This document shows, piece by piece, positions 36,793-46,730 of a stretch of DNA of 64,000 nt. Under the pieces are notes generated by a model. It saw only the letters and a list, made by a program, of their open reading frames with translations, did not search any database and was not told the DNA's origin. The DNA lies in the NCBI GenBank assembly GCA_020441905.1, contig JAGRLG010000015.1, positions 765 to 64,764 of the forward strand. The letters run 5' to 3'. The translations under genes were made by a program, and so were the position numbers. This stretch comes from Rhodobiaceae bacterium. GTDB taxonomy: Bacteria > Pseudomonadota > Alphaproteobacteria > Rhizobiales > NORP267. The stretch's first letter is position 1. Every line of letters starts with the position of its first letter.

Positions 36793-38103
36793 ATGGGCTG
36801 GGCCGCTTCGCTGGTAATCATGCTCGGCCTGGTGATCGGCGCCATGGCCATGGGCCTGCCGGTCGCCTTCGCCTTTCTTGGCGCCAATCTTGCCGGAACG
36901 GTGATTTTTTCCGGCGGCGCCGGACTCAACCTCGCCGCCGCCCAGATCATGGAGGCGACGGCGAATTTCACCTTCGCGCCGATCCCGCTGTTTCTCCTGA
37001 TGGGCGAGATCCTGTTCCACTCCGGCGTCGCCTTCAAGGCCATCGGCGCCGTCGACCGCCTGATCGCCCGCGTGCCGGGACGGCTGTCGATCGTCGCAAT
37101 TGTCGGCGGCACCATGTTTTCCTCGCTTTCAGGCTCGACCATCGCCAATACGGCGGTGCTGGGCTCGGTGCTGCTGCCGGAAATGACCCGGCGCGGCTAC
37201 AAGCCGGTCATCGCCATGGGACCGATCATGGCGGTGGGCGGCATCGCCATGCTGATCCCGCCCTCGGCGCTGTCGGTGCTGCTGGGGAGCCTGGCCAATA
37301 TCCCGGTGTCGCAACTGCTGATCGCCGGCATCATCCCCGGCATCATGATGAGCATCCTGTTCGTCGGCTATATCCTGTGGCGCTGCACGCGCGACCCCGA
37401 TCTGGCGCCGGTCTATGAGGTGCAGGACTTCACATTGCGCGAGCGCTGGATGCCGTTCTTCATTTATGTGGCGCCGCTGTTCTCGATCTTCATCGTCGTG
37501 GTGGGCAGCATATTCTTCGGCATCGCCTCGCCGTCGGAGGCCGCTGCGCTGGGCTGCGTCGCCTCAACCGTGGCGGCGGCGTGCTATCGCTCGCTGACTT
37601 GGGCCTCGTTCATGAAGTCGGTGCGCGAGACCGCCAAGGTCACCACCATCATCATGCTGATCATTGCCGGATCGCTGACTTTTTCCCAGATCCTGGCCAT
37701 TTCCGGAGCCACCGACGGCCTGCTGCAACAGATCCAGGCGCTAGCGCTGAGTCCGCTCGGCGCGGTGCTGGTGATGCTCGCGGTGCTGCTGTTTCTCGGC
37801 GCCTTCATGGACCAGGTGTCGATGCTGCTGCTGACCCTGCCCTTTTTCCTGCCGCTGGCGGCAATCCAGGGCATCGACATGCTGTGGCTCGGCGTCTTGT
37901 TCCTGATCGCGATGGAGATCAGCCTGCTGACGCCGCCCTTCGGTCTGTTGCTCTATGTCATGCGCGGCGTCGCCTCGAAGGACATTTCGATGCGGTCGAT
38001 CTATGCCTCGGCGCTGCCGTTCATCGCCATGGAACTGGTGGCGCTGGTGCTGCTGATCGCCTTCCCGGCATTGAGCACCTGGCTGCCGCGCTGGATCGAA
38101 TAG
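36793..38103 (+). CDS. TRAP transporter large permease (DctM)
   Basis: Polytopic protein of ~436 aa in the DctM pattern. Confidence 0.9.
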   Translation: MGWAASLVIMLGLVIGAMAMGLPVAFAFLGANLAGTVIFSGGAGLNLAAAQIMEATANFTFAPIPLFLLMGEILFHSGVAFKAIGAVDRLIARVPGRLSIVAIVGGTMFSSLSGSTIANTAVLGSVLLPEMTRRGYKPVIAMGPIMAVGGIAMLIPPSALSVLLGSLANIPVSQLLIAGIIPGIMMSILFVGYILWRCTRDPDLAPVYEVQDFTLRERWMPFFIYVAPLFSIFIVVVGSIFFGIASPSEAAALGCVASTVAAACYRSLTWASFMKSVRETAKVTTIIMLIIAGSLTFSQILAISGATDGLLQQIQALALSPLGAVLVMLAVLLFLGAFMDQVSMLLLTLPFFLPLAAIQGIDMLWLGVLFLIAMEISLLTPPFGLLLYVMRGVASKDISMRSIYASALPFIAMELVALVLLIAFPALSTWLPRWIE

Positions 38104-38143
38104 AGCCGTGCCGGCGGCGGCCGGCGCAAGCAAGGGGGTGGAC

Positions 38144-39892
38144 GTGCCCGTCACAATCGATCCCATCCTGGCCGCGGTGCTACAGAAGCGGCTGAAGGCG
38201 ATCACCCGCGAGATGGGGCTTACCCTGCTGCGCACCGCCCGCTCGCCGATCCTCAACGAAGCGCGCGATTTCGTGACCGGGCTCTACGACGCCAGCGGGC
38301 GGATGCTGGAGCAGACCGAATATATTCCGGTGCTGGCCTTCGCCCTGCAACCGGTCTGCGCCCATATCGCGCAAGTATTCGCCGGCGATATCCATCCCGG
38401 CGACGTGTTCCTGCACAATGACGTCTTTTCCGGCGGCAACCAGAACAATGACGTCGCCGCCTTCAAGCCGGTGTTCCACAATGACAGGCTGGTGGCCTGG
38501 GCCGCCTGCAAGGGCCACCAGGCCGATATCGGCGGCGCGGTGGCCGGGGGCTACAACCCGGAAGCGCGCGAGGTGTGGCAGGAGGCGTTCCGGATTCCCG
38601 CGATCAAGGTGATCGAGCGCGGCAAGGTGCGGCGCGACGTGTGGAATCTGATCTTCGCCAATATCCGGCTCAGAATCGTCGAGGAGGATATCCGGGCCCA
38701 GATCGGCGGCTGCACGGTGGGCGAGCGCGCCATCCAGGCGCTGTTCGAGCGCCATGGGGCCGCAGTGATCGAGGCCCATGTCGCGCATCTGTTCGATGCC
38801 ACAGAGCGCATGGTCCGACACGAGATCGCCCAGATCCCCGACGGCGTCTATGAGGGCCGCTCCACCGCCTTCTATGACGGCATCCACGACGGCTCGCGCA
38901 TGGCGATCAACCTCAAGGTGACGGTCGCCGGCGAGGAAATCTGCTTCGACTTCACCGGCTCCGCCCCGCAAACGCAAGGCTTCGTCAACGCCCCCTATGC
39001 CGCCACCGCATCGGCGGTCATTCTCACCTTCCTGATGCTGATCAATCCCGACATTCCCCATAATGACGGGCTGACCCGCGCCATTTCCATCGTCAATCCG
39101 CAGGGCTCGTTCCTCAATGCCGCCTATCCGGCGGCAACCACCTTCGGCAATTCGCTGACCGGGCCGACATCGGACGCCATCTTCCGCGCCTTCGCCGGAG
39201 CGCTGCCGGGCATGGTCAGCGCGGGTTGGAACCGCATGCTCGGCTTTACCATCACCGGACAGGACCCGCAGCACGGCTACGAGAAATATGTCGATATCCT
39301 GTTCATCGCCCTGAAGGGCGGCTCCGGGGCGGTGAAGGGCGCCGACGGCTATGACCATATCGGCCTCATCAACTGCGCCGGCGGCATCCTGGCGCAGGAT
39401 TACGAGATGTTCGAGCTTCAGGACCCGCACCGCCTCATCCGCCACGAATATGCCACCGATTCGGCGGGCGCCGGGCGCTGGCGCGGCGGGCTCGGCATCG
39501 AGACCGAATTCGTCATCGAGGGTGAGAAGGTCATCGGCGTTGCCTTTGGCGACGGGCTGGAGGAGGAAGCGCGGGCCTTCGGCCTTTACGGCGGGCATGC
39601 CGGCTCGGCCAACCGGATCGAACTGACCGCCCCCGACGGTGCCGTGCGCCGCGCCAAGGCCAAGCAGATCCTGCGCGACATTGCCCGCGGCAGCATCTTT
39701 TTCCAGCATGCCGGCGGTGGCGGCGGCTATGGCGATCCTTTCCAGCGCCCGGCGGCCATGGTGGCGCGGGAGGTGCGCAACGGCGTGGTGAGCGCGCAAG
39801 CAGCGCGGCGCGAGTATGGCGTTGCCGTCGATCCGGCAACATGCGCCGTTGACGAGGAGGCGACGGCGGCATTGCGGAAGGGCCAGCCGTGA
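38144..39892 (+). CDS. Hydantoinase B/oxoprolinase (HyuB) family protein, no HyuA partner nearby
   Basis: N-terminus ...TIDPILAAVLQKRLKAITREM... and length are typical of HyuB. The start is uncertain (GTG 38108, 38138 or 38144). Confidence 0.85.
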   Translation: MPVTIDPILAAVLQKRLKAITREMGLTLLRTARSPILNEARDFVTGLYDASGRMLEQTEYIPVLAFALQPVCAHIAQVFAGDIHPGDVFLHNDVFSGGNQNNDVAAFKPVFHNDRLVAWAACKGHQADIGGAVAGGYNPEAREVWQEAFRIPAIKVIERGKVRRDVWNLIFANIRLRIVEEDIRAQIGGCTVGERAIQALFERHGAAVIEAHVAHLFDATERMVRHEIAQIPDGVYEGRSTAFYDGIHDGSRMAINLKVTVAGEEICFDFTGSAPQTQGFVNAPYAATASAVILTFLMLINPDIPHNDGLTRAISIVNPQGSFLNAAYPAATTFGNSLTGPTSDAIFRAFAGALPGMVSAGWNRMLGFTITGQDPQHGYEKYVDILFIALKGGSGAVKGADGYDHIGLINCAGGILAQDYEMFELQDPHRLIRHEYATDSAGAGRWRGGLGIETEFVIEGEKVIGVAFGDGLEEEARAFGLYGGHAGSANRIELTAPDGAVRRAKAKQILRDIARGSIFFQHAGGGGGYGDPFQRPAAMVAREVRNGVVSAQAARREYGVAVDPATCAVDEEATAALRKGQP

Positions 39893-40308
39893 GCAAGCCG
39901 GCCATCGACCATATCGGCGTCATCGTCGCCGACCTCGACCAGGCGCTGGCGCTGATGAAGCTGCTGTTCAAGGCCGCGCCGGCCTATGTCAAGGACCTGC
40001 CCGAGGTCGGGCTCAAGGTGGCGGCGATCGAGACTGCCAATGTCACCATCGAGCTGCTGCAATATTGCAGCGGCGGCGACAGCGCTTTCGCGCGCCAGGT
40101 CATGGGCGCGGCGCCCGGTCTCAACCACATCTCGGCCCGGGTCGACAACCTCGAGGCGGCGATGGCGGAACTGGCCGAGGCCGGTTTTGCAATCCAGCCC
40201 GGCTTTCCGCGCCAGGGCGCCCACGGCCGGGTCGCCTTTTACCAACCCGACGCGGCAACCGGCCTGCTGTTCGAGATCTGCCAGCCGGACAAGGACGTCG
40301 CGCCGTGA
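39889..40308 (+). CDS. VOC-family protein (glyoxalase / methylmalonyl-CoA-epimerase-like)
   Basis: IDHIGVIVADLDQA...IELLQ... pattern. 4-nt overlaps on both sides. Confidence 0.75.
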   Translation: MSKPAIDHIGVIVADLDQALALMKLLFKAAPAYVKDLPEVGLKVAAIETANVTIELLQYCSGGDSAFARQVMGAAPGLNHISARVDNLEAAMAELAEAGFAIQPGFPRQGAHGRVAFYQPDAATGLLFEICQPDKDVAP

Positions 40309-41681
40309 GCGGGGGCGCGGACAGGCGACTGTGGAACCCGGCGGCCGAGGCCATGAGCGCGGACGAGATGCGCGCGCTGCAACTGGCAAGGCTGAAGCGG
40401 CAACTGGCCTATAACCATGCCAATGGCCCCTTTCACCGCGAAAGATTCAAGGCGGCCGGCGCCAGGCCGGAGGATATCCACTCATTTTCCGATTTCGCGC
40501 AGCTGCCGCTGATGGACAAGGAAGCCCACCGGCAGGCACAGGCGCGCGGGCTGGAGGAGTTCGGCGATCCCTTCGCCCTGTTCGGCTGCGCGCCGCGCGA
40601 AAAGATCGTGCGCATCAACGCCACTTCCGGCACGACAGGTGAGCCGACGCTTTATGGGCTGACTGCCCATGATGTCGGCGTCGTCAACGAGATGCATGCG
40701 CGAAAATACTGGCGCGCCGGCATGCGGCCTGGCGGCGTCATGCTCCAGGCGCTTTCGCTGAGCATGTTCACCGGCGGGCTGCCCCTGAGCCAGGGCATCC
40801 AGCACATGGGGGCCTGCGTGGTGCCGGTCGGAGTGGAAGGCGGCACGGCGCGGGTGATCCAATTCGCGCGGCTGACCAAGCCCGAGGCGCTGATCGCGAC
40901 ACCGTCCTTTGCCCGCCACCTGATCGAGGAATGCGAAAAGCTCGCCGGCGTTCCGGCGCGCGCGCTCGGCATCAAACGCTTCTTTTCCGCCGGCGAGGCC
41001 GGCGGCGGCGATCCGGAAATTCGAGCCATGCTGGCCCAAGGGCTGGGGGCGCGGATCTTCGACCATACCGGCGGCGGCCACGCCTTTCACGCCATCTCCT
41101 GCGACCAGCCGCCGGGCGAATTCAAGGGCCTGCACCTGGTCTCAGAGGACCATTGCCTGCTCGAACTGGTGGACCCGGACAGCAAGGCGGGCGTCGAGAT
41201 CACCGACGGCGCGCGCGGCGAGATGGTGTGGACCTTCCTCGGCTGGGAAGGCGGCCCCTTCATGCGCTACGCCATGGGCGATGTTGTCGAGATCGCGACC
41301 GATCCCTGCCCTTGCGGGCAACCGGGGCCGCGCATCCGCATCATCGGGCGGGCCGACGACATGCTTATCGTCAAGGGGGTCAATGTCTATCCCCAGGCGA
41401 TCGCCGGCGTGATCGCCGGTTTCCGGCCCCGCATCACCGGCGCTTTTCGCATTGTGCTCGGCAAAGCCGGACCTTCGGTTTCCCCGCCGCTGCGCATCCG
41501 CCTGGAGCGCGGCGAGGCGCTGGCGGCGCAGGACCTGGGCGCGCTGGAGAAGGAAATGCTGGAGCGCTTCCGCGCCGAGCTGCACATCCGCCCGCGCCTT
41601 GAATGGACGGACCCCCGGTCGCTGCCGCGCGAGGCAATGAAGACGCGGCTGGTGGTGATCGAGGCCAGGCCGGGAGGTTAA
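40305..41681 (+). CDS. Phenylacetate-CoA ligase (PaaK)/F390-synthetase family adenylating enzyme
   Basis: ...LWNPAAEAMSADEMRALQLARLKRQL..., TSGTTGEPT, and a PaaK-like C-terminal domain. Start at GTG 40305 or ATG 40353. Confidence 0.8.
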   Translation: MSGGADRRLWNPAAEAMSADEMRALQLARLKRQLAYNHANGPFHRERFKAAGARPEDIHSFSDFAQLPLMDKEAHRQAQARGLEEFGDPFALFGCAPREKIVRINATSGTTGEPTLYGLTAHDVGVVNEMHARKYWRAGMRPGGVMLQALSLSMFTGGLPLSQGIQHMGACVVPVGVEGGTARVIQFARLTKPEALIATPSFARHLIEECEKLAGVPARALGIKRFFSAGEAGGGDPEIRAMLAQGLGARIFDHTGGGHAFHAISCDQPPGEFKGLHLVSEDHCLLELVDPDSKAGVEITDGARGEMVWTFLGWEGGPFMRYAMGDVVEIATDPCPCGQPGPRIRIIGRADDMLIVKGVNVYPQAIAGVIAGFRPRITGAFRIVLGKAGPSVSPPLRIRLERGEALAAQDLGALEKEMLERFRAELHIRPRLEWTDPRSLPREAMKTRLVVIEARPGG

Positions 41682-41684
41682 ACG

Positions 41685-41723
41685 CTATTCGGCGCCCCTA
41701 TTCGGCGCCCCTATTCAGCGCCA
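41685..41723. repeat. 13-bp tandem triplication at the 3' end of the transglutaminase-like gene
   Basis: ctattcggcgccc x2 followed by ctattcagcgcca. The third copy contains the gene's stop codon (TAG, 41711-41713, minus strand). Confidence 0.9.
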
Positions 41724-42376
41724 TGGGCCTCGGCGGCAAAATCGCCCTCGGGAATGCCGACAGCGATCAGCGCCGGGTAGTGGCGGCGGAACGAGGCCAG
41801 GATCTCGTCGGCGGGAACATCGGCATAGGTGCCGCGCTGGGCGAGATATTCCATGCGCTTGCGGCCCAGGGCATCGAAGGGCTGGAACAGGGAATCGGTC
41901 CGGCCGTCAAATTCCAGCGGCACCAGGCCGGCGCGCTCGCACAGCGCGGCGTCAAAGGCCGGCGTCGCCTTGACCCAGCGCCCCTCCAGCTTCAGATCGG
42001 TATAGGAGTGCCAATAGAAGATATTGGTCTGGACCAGATCCTGAAGGCGCTTGGAGGTGATGTGGTTCTGTACATCGGCATAGCCGGTGCGCGCGGGAAT
42101 GCCGACCGCACGTGCGGCGGCGGCGAGCAGCGCCGCCTTGCCGACGCAAAAACCGCGCCCCAGCGCCAGCACGTCGCTGGCGCGGTAGGTGCCCATGTCG
42201 GTGTAGTCGAGATAAGGCTCATAGGCGATCCGGTCGCGCACGGCGAGATAGAGCGCCAGGGCCTGCTTGAGCGGATCGCGCTCCCCGCCCACGGTTTCGC
42301 GGGCAAATTCGATCACGGCTGGATGGGCGGAATCGATATAGTCGCCGCTGGAGAGATAGTCCGGTTCCGCGTCCAT
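41711..42376 (-). CDS. Transglutaminase-like cysteine peptidase-fold protein
   Basis: ...GRGFCVGKAALLAAAARAVGIPAR...WHSYTDL... is a Cys-His core typical of transglutaminase-like domains. Confidence 0.75.
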   Translation of the reverse strand: MDAEPDYLSSGDYIDSAHPAVIEFARETVGGERDPLKQALALYLAVRDRIAYEPYLDYTDMGTYRASDVLALGRGFCVGKAALLAAAARAVGIPARTGYADVQNHITSKRLQDLVQTNIFYWHSYTDLKLEGRWVKATPAFDAALCERAGLVPLEFDGRTDSLFQPFDALGRKRMEYLAQRGTYADVPADEILASFRRHYPALIAVGIPEGDFAAEAHGAE

Positions 42377-42678
42377 GAAGTCTTCTCCTTATACGCCCAA
42401 CTCTTCGCGATCCTACCCTATTGCCGCCGCGCGGCAACCGGACGGCGCGTAAAACCAGAGCCCGTACCCATCAAAAGCGGCTGCGTCGAGCGACGTTGCA
42501 ATGACAGCTCCTTGGGGCTTTCCTAATCTTGCCGAGATTGATCGAGATAAGTCTGCGGCATGGCCGGTCTATCGCCATCCTCGACGCTGGTACAGAAGCC
42601 GAGTTCCATTTTTTCGGGCGCCGCATTGCCGTCAACGGCTTGCGCCTTGGCGGCCGGTTTGCCAGGCGGTGCTTCTCT

Positions 42679-43500
42679 TCAGGGTGCAGCAGTCAGACGC
42701 TTTAGGCCTTCCTTGCTTTCCTCCATGGACGGGTCCAGCTCGAGTGCTTTCCTGTAGTCGGAAATTGCCTTGTCCTTCTGACCCATGACCTCGTAAATGT
42801 GAGCCCGCGTATCATAGGAATCGGCGTCCTTCGCGTCCAATTCGAGCGCCTTGTTCGCATCGGGCAAGCCCTGCTCAGCCTTGCCCCATTTGAAGTAGCT
42901 CCAGGCACGATTATTGTAGGCGTCAGGATCCTTCGGGTTGAGCTTGATGGCTTTGTCATAGTCTGCGATGGCGCGGTCATATTCACCCTTTTCGCGGTAG
43001 GCCAAGCCGCGGTTGTAATAGGCGTCGGCGTCATCCGGGTCGAGCTTGATGGCTTTGTCATAGTCGGCAATGGCGCGGTCATACTCACCCTTATCGTCGT
43101 AGGTCATGCCGCGGTTGAAATAGGCGTCGGCATCCTTCGGGTCGAGTTTGATCGCCCGATCATAGTCGGCGATGGCGTGGTCATAGTCGCCCTTGTCGCC
43201 GTAGGCCAGGCCGCGGTTGAAGTAGGCTTTGGCATCCTTCGGGTCGAGCTTGATGGCTTTGTCATAGTCGGCGATGGCGCGATCATAATCACCCTTTTGG
43301 CGGTAGGCTATGCCGCGGTTGTTGTAGGCAACGGAACGGTCATAATTGTCGAGCTTTCCAGACTTCAGCAGGCGTGTACACGCGGATATGACGGCATCAG
43401 CATCATCGCCCTCGCACAAGTTCCAAAGCTTCTCGCTTTGGGCCACAGCTTGTGCCGGTGCTGATAGCAGCAAGAGAGAAATCACCAGAATTCTGAACAT
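42679..43500 (-). CDS. Secreted tetratricopeptide (TPR) repeat protein
   Basis: Signal MFRILVISLLLLSAPAQAVA, then ~7 TPRs, four of them near-identical (…YDRAIADYDKAIKLDPKDADAYFNRG…). Confidence 0.85.
   Translation of the reverse strand: MFRILVISLLLLSAPAQAVAQSEKLWNLCEGDDADAVISACTRLLKSGKLDNYDRSVAYNNRGIAYRQKGDYDRAIADYDKAIKLDPKDAKAYFNRGLAYGDKGDYDHAIADYDRAIKLDPKDADAYFNRGMTYDDKGEYDRAIADYDKAIKLDPDDADAYYNRGLAYREKGEYDRAIADYDKAIKLNPKDPDAYNNRAWSYFKWGKAEQGLPDANKALELDAKDADSYDTRAHIYEVMGQKDKAISDYRKALELDPSMEESKEGLKRLTAAP
42901..43335. repeat. ~102-bp tandem coding repeats (TPR units) inside the TPR gene
   Basis: The motif ggctttgtcatagtc...ggcgcggtcata recurs at ~42950, 43052, 43154 and 43256. Confidence 0.85.
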
Positions 43501-43815
43501 GATAGCCGCCCCAGTTTTCAGACACGCCGCCAATTGGCCGGAAGCCATGACCTCAAGAACCTTCGACAAAATGCCGGGCAGCAATGCGCCGCAGGATAAT
43601 ATCCTAGCTGGTATTACTACGATCGGGGGGAAGATTCAGCGACGCAGATATGGGGGAATGACAGCCGATGGACCGATGCGGATCGAACCGCGGGCCAGAG
43701 CCACAATTCAAGCTTCAAGAGGAGCCTCGGCCATTCGATCCGCCAGACCGCTGCGGCCCGCACGCGACTTCACAAACCGCTTTTGCCGCTGGTCGCGTGT
43801 CTACAAGTCCTCGTC

Positions 43816-44538
43816 CTAGCCTTCGATGAAGCGGTAATACCCTTGCGCGCGAAGCTTGCAGGCCGGGCAGGCGCCGCAGCCATGGCCCCAGTCGTGGCGC
43901 TCGCCGCGGGTGCCGAGATAGCAGGTATGGCTGTCCTTTACGATGAGGTCGACCAGGGCCCGGCCGCCGAGATCCAGCGCCATTTGCCACGCGCCGGCCT
44001 TGTCGATCCACATCAACGGGGTTTCCAGGACGAAGCGGGTTTCCATGCCGAGATTGAGCGCCACCTGGAGAGCCTTGATGGTGTCGTCGCGGCAATCGGG
44101 ATAGCCGGAGAAATCGGTTTCGCACATGCCGCCGACGATATGGCGCAGGCCGCGGCGATAGGCCAGCGCGGCGGCGAAGGTCAAAAAGACGATGTTGCGC
44201 CCCGGAACGAAGGTGTTGGGCAAGCCGTGTTCGCCGATCTCGATCTCGACCTGGCGGGTCAGCGCGGTATCGGAAACCTCGCTCAAAGCGCCCAGAGCGA
44301 GGGTGTGGTCCTCACCGAGACGCGCCGCCCAGCTAGCCTTGAGCGCCGAAATTCCGGAGCGCAGTTTCGCCCGGCAGTCCAGTTCGACCCGGTGCCGCTG
44401 GCCATAATCGAAACCCAGGGTTTCGACCCGGGAATGGCGCTCCAGCGCCCAGGCCAGGCAGGTGGTGGAATCCTGGCCGCCGGAAAACAGCACCAGCGCG
44501 CCGTCACCAGCGCTATCGGCTTGCGGACGGGCCATCAT
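43816..44538 (-). CDS. queC: 7-cyano-7-deazaguanine synthase QueC
   Basis: [14 protein letters not shown]-loop and C-terminal Zn cysteines [10 protein letters not shown]. Confidence 0.9.
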   Translation of the reverse strand: MMARPQADSAGDGALVLFSGGQDSTTCLAWALERHSRVETLGFDYGQRHRVELDCRAKLRSGISALKASWAARLGEDHTLALGALSEVSDTALTRQVEIEIGEHGLPNTFVPGRNIVFLTFAAALAYRRGLRHIVGGMCETDFSGYPDCRDDTIKALQVALNLGMETRFVLETPLMWIDKAGAWQMALDLGGRALVDLIVKDSHTCYLGTRGERHDWGHGCGACPACKLRAQGYYRFIEG

Positions 44539-44895
44539 CTAGCGGCCGTCATATTCGACCCGGCACATATCCGTCTCGTGAAGGACTACCTTCGACAGCA
44601 GCGGCAAGGCCGGCGCGGCGCGCCGCCACACCCAGACGGCGATGTTTTCCGCCGTCGGGTTTTCCAGTCCCTCGACCTCATTGAGGATCTGATGGTCGAG
44701 GGTTTCCAGCAGGGGCGCGAAGACATGCTCGACGTCAAAGAAATCGACGACAAGGCCGCTGGCCGGATCGACATCGCCCTCCAGCTCCAGCTCGATGCGG
44801 TAGGAATGACCATGGATGCGATGGCAGCGATGGGTTTGGGGAACCCTGGGCAGGCGGTGCGCCGCCTCGAAGGTGAATGCCTGGACAATCTTCAT
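44539..44895 (-). CDS. queD: 6-carboxy-5,6,7,8-tetrahydropterin synthase QueD
   Basis: FEAAHRLP...CHRIHGHSY motif. Abuts queC. Confidence 0.9.
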   Translation of the reverse strand: MKIVQAFTFEAAHRLPRVPQTHRCHRIHGHSYRIELELEGDVDPASGLVVDFFDVEHVFAPLLETLDHQILNEVEGLENPTAENIAVWVWRRAAPALPLLSKVVLHETDMCRVEYDGR

Positions 44896-45210
44896 TCTGT
44901 TCCGATCAGCTCACGCGTTTGCAGGCCCGGCCGCCAGCGCGGCATTTCAAGACGCACGGCGATGGCGGCAGCGGCGGCGGACTGCCGGTCCGGCCTGGCC
45001 CCGGCAGCCCATGGCGGTTTCACTTAAGCGCTCCGCGGCCTCCTGGCAATCCTCGACCGGCGGCGGCGCCGCAGCGGGCCTCGTTGCCGGCCAGGGCGTG
45101 TTTTGTGGGAGACTTGGGACGGCCGATCTGGCTATCTTCGCCGGGCCGGCAAATCGGCCGGCTTGCGCGCGCGGCCGGCCCCGGCGCCAAACAACCAACA
45201 AGAGGCATCA

Positions 45211-46074
45211 ATGGCCCAGACGTCCTACATACTGACCACCGCCTGCATCGACCGGCCCGGAATCGTCGCCGCGCTGTCGACGGCGCTTTTCAAGCATGGC
45301 TGCAACATTCTCGATTCGCAGCAATATGACGATCTGGAAACCGGCCGGTTCTTTGCCCGCATCGTATTCACGCCCGGCGCGGGCGAAGGGGGCGAAGCGG
45401 CGCTGGAAGAAGTGCTGGCACCGGTTTTCGAGCGCTTCGCCATGAGCTGGGGGCTGCGCGACCAGAGCCGGCGGCGAAAGGTCATGCTGCTGGCATCGAA
45501 ATTCGACCATTGCCTGGCCGACCTGCTCTATCGCTGGCAGACCGGGGAACTGGAGATGGAAATCGCCGGCATCATCGCCAACTACCCGCGCGAAACCTAT
45601 GTCCATCTCAATTTCGCCGGAGTGCCATTCCACTATCTCCCGGTCAACAAGGAGAGCCGCGACACGCAGGAACAGCAGATCAAGTCGCTGGTCGACGAGA
45701 CGGGAAGCGAGCTGGTGGTGCTGGCGCGCTACATGCAGATCCTGTCAGACGATCTGTCGACCTGGCTGGCGGGGCGCTGCATCAATATCCACCATTCCTT
45801 TCTGCCCGGCTTCAAGGGCGCGCGGCCCTATCATCAGGCGCATCAGCGCGGCGTGAAGCTGATCGGCGCCACCGCCCATTACGTCACTCCCGATCTCGAT
45901 GAGGGACCCATCATCGAGCAGGATGTCGAACGGGTCAGCCACCGCGACAGCGGCGCCGATCTGGTGCGCAAGGGACGCGACATCGAAAGGCGGGTGCTGG
46001 CGCGCGCGGTGCGCTATCACCTTCAGGACCGGGTTTTTCTCAATGGCAGCAAGACCGTGGTGTTTCCCGAATAG
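45211..46074 (+). CDS. purU: Formyltetrahydrofolate deformylase PurU
   Basis: N-terminal ACT domain ([16 protein letters not shown]) and formyltransferase core ([17 protein letters not shown]). Confidence 0.9.
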   Translation: MAQTSYILTTACIDRPGIVAALSTALFKHGCNILDSQQYDDLETGRFFARIVFTPGAGEGGEAALEEVLAPVFERFAMSWGLRDQSRRRKVMLLASKFDHCLADLLYRWQTGELEMEIAGIIANYPRETYVHLNFAGVPFHYLPVNKESRDTQEQQIKSLVDETGSELVVLARYMQILSDDLSTWLAGRCINIHHSFLPGFKGARPYHQAHQRGVKLIGATAHYVTPDLDEGPIIEQDVERVSHRDSGADLVRKGRDIERRVLARAVRYHLQDRVFLNGSKTVVFPE

Positions 46075-46167
46075 GCGCTGCCCGGGCGCGCAACCATTGA
46101 ATATCGCTCGCCGGGGTCCCAACTGTCTGTTGCCCTCCATCATGTTTTCACCTATGTCCGGTGGCCT

Positions 46168-46605
46168 ATGAGCAGTCGAACCGACTTGCAGCAGTGCTGG
46201 AAAGCGGCCGGAAGGCGCCGCAGGCTGATCGCCTGGGCCGGTTTGCTCGCACTTGCATTGCAGCTGGCGGCACCTCTTGTTCACGGGCTGATGGCTTCGG
46301 CCCTGGCGGACAGCGAATTTTCCGGTTACCCCGGCGCCGTGATCTGCTCTGCGGCAGCGCAGGCCAGCGGCCACGAAACCAATCCTGCCGTCCCGCAGGC
46401 GCCTTCGGACAAGCCGCTGTCCTGCACGCTGTGCCTGGTGTGCCAGGCTGGCGCGCCTGGCGCCAAGCTGATCCCGTCATTCCTTGCCATCCTGTTGCCG
46501 GAAAACGGCAAAATCGGGCAGCCTGCCGCCCTTGCGGTGACATTGCGCCCGCGCTCCATCACGGAGATGCCGCCGCCCTCAAGGGCACCGCCTTTCCTCG
46601 CCTGA
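46168..46605 (+). CDS. DUF2946-like membrane protein (copper-cluster associated)
   Basis: N-terminal TM and a CTLCLVC motif. It lies upstream of PCuAC and SCO. Weak family call. Confidence 0.45.
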   Translation: MSSRTDLQQCWKAAGRRRRLIAWAGLLALALQLAAPLVHGLMASALADSEFSGYPGAVICSAAAQASGHETNPAVPQAPSDKPLSCTLCLVCQAGAPGAKLIPSFLAILLPENGKIGQPAALAVTLRPRSITEMPPPSRAPPFLA

Positions 46606-46730
46606 CCAGCGGCTCGCGCACGGCGCGAGCGAAAATCCGCTGTTTCGCGCCCGTGGCCGGCAATGATGCCGGCGGCGGCCAGTCCGCACCGGGCCGACAG
46701 CGCGACAGGACAAGCGAAAGGAATTGAATC

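Noticed and set aside
43669-43743. tRNA-like 3' fragment (minus strand ...GCGGTTCGATCCGCATCGGTCCA) and a 10-bp inverted repeat GCGGATCGAA...TTCGATCCGC (43678-43687 / 43734-43743).
   Set aside because: No matching acceptor 5' strand, D-arm or anticodon arm could be folded, and the T-loop would be only 6 nt. No integrase or direct-repeat partner is nearby. It may be just a long-range hairpin downstream of queC.
44896-45210. Looked for a preQ1 riboswitch upstream of queD.
   Set aside because: No sequence resembling the preQ1-I or preQ1-II cores that I remember was found. The region is GC-rich without an obvious compact pseudoknot. A covariance-model scan would be needed.
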